Shown here piece after piece: positions 63,648-64,000 of a stretch of 64,000 nt of DNA. Both the position numbers and the translations under genes were made by a program. How positions within the stretch are numbered: the stretch's first letter is position 1; every line of letters starts with the position of its first letter. The notes under the pieces were generated by a model. That model had not been told where the DNA came from, did not search any database, and saw nothing but the letters and a program-made list of their open reading frames with translations. The DNA lies in NCBI GenBank assembly GCA_964486505.1, contig CAZAMC010000003.1, positions 139,120 to 203,119 on the forward strand, read 5' to 3'. Source of the DNA: an uncultured Gammaproteobacteria bacterium. Its GTDB lineage: Bacteria; Patescibacteriota; Patescibacteriia; PEXW01.

Positions 63648-64000
63648 TGATCTCCATAGCAGACCAACGCATTGGTGTCTTCGTAGACCTCTCTAACCTC
63701 TACCATTCGGCCCGACGGCTCCACGGCGGTCGGCCAAATTTTGGCGCTATCCTGGAGAAGGGTGTGGGGGATCGAAAACTTATTCGCGCGTTTGCCTACG
63801 GCATAACCAACCAAACACCGGAAGAGGAAAAGTTCTTCGAGACTCTCACCAAGCAGGGCTACGAACTCCGGATGAAAGAGCTTCAGGTGTTCGGCGACGG
63901 TACGAAAAAGGGCGACTGGGACATTGGTATCGCCATCGACGCTCTGCGGTACGCCAAGAAAGTCGACGTGGTCATCCTGGTGACTGGTGACGGCGACTTC
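63647..64000 (+). CDS. NYN-domain (LabA-like, PIN-fold) protein, partial; runs off right edge
   Basis: [25 protein letters not shown]...KLIRAFAYG...DWDIGIAIDAL...VDVVILVTGDGDF is the NYN/LabA pattern; its ATG overlaps the rpsO TAA (TAATG). Confidence 0.7.
   Translation, partial: MISIADQRIGVFVDLSNLYHSARRLHGGRPNFGAILEKGVGDRKLIRAFAYGITNQTPEEEKFFETLTKQGYELRMKELQVFGDGTKKGDWDIGIAIDALRYAKKVDVVILVTGDGDF

Noticed and set aside
1-64000. CRISPR array, rRNA, reverse transcriptase / DGR / retron, transposase or IS element
   Set aside because: No short-repeat plus unique-spacer periodicity was seen anywhere; no RT or transposase-like ORF; no rRNA-like conserved stretches. The only recombinase is the XerC/D-family gene.

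Overview
This 64 kb window is a high-GC (about 58-60% by eye), gene-dense bacterial chromosomal segment with about 60 protein genes and 9 tRNAs. No rRNA, CRISPR array, reverse transcriptase or transposase was found. The gene content points to a small-genome, possibly Patescibacteria/CPR-like organism; that assignment is an inference. Contents include class I fructose-bisphosphate aldolase with GlpX, RNase Y with YmdB, bactofilin, a SemiSWEET-like protein, several very large surface proteins, type IV pilus parts and many leaderless transcripts. Housekeeping genes include infB-rbfA, clpP, hup, gdh, murI, trxA with two thioredoxin-reductase paralogs, nrnA, rpsO, sigA, an ECF sigma/anti-sigma pair, two ABC transporters, a two-component system and a XerC/D-type recombinase. 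A giant N-terminally anchored surface protein (1..4057, minus) runs off the left edge, so it is absent from the ORF track. Accessory-type content: (1) a minus-strand operon of three prepilin-like genes (37111..41996), two of them over 700 aa and one with cysteine-rich tandem repeats built from exact DNA repeats, divergent from a 1027-aa secreted multi-Ig-like protein and about 6 kb from pilT; (2) a signal-peptide protein made of seven acidic DxDxDG calcium-loop-like repeats; (3) tRNA-linked conserved non-coding elements: a perfect 14-bp palindrome upstream of two tRNA-Ala genes, a roughly 150-nt structured repeat after tRNA-Lys and tRNA-Arg, and a decayed tRNA-Val pseudo-copy; (4) a low-GC NUDIX paralog beside tRNA-Arg(TCT), a tyrosine recombinase and a CPBP/Abi protease, which looks like an island remnant; (5) a thioredoxin-reductase paralog lacking the HRR NADPH motif. 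Many of the plus/minus ORFs in the six-frame track are GC-driven antisense artefacts and were rejected. Coordinates of small RNAs, promoters and terminators were derived by hand and may be off by a few nucleotides.
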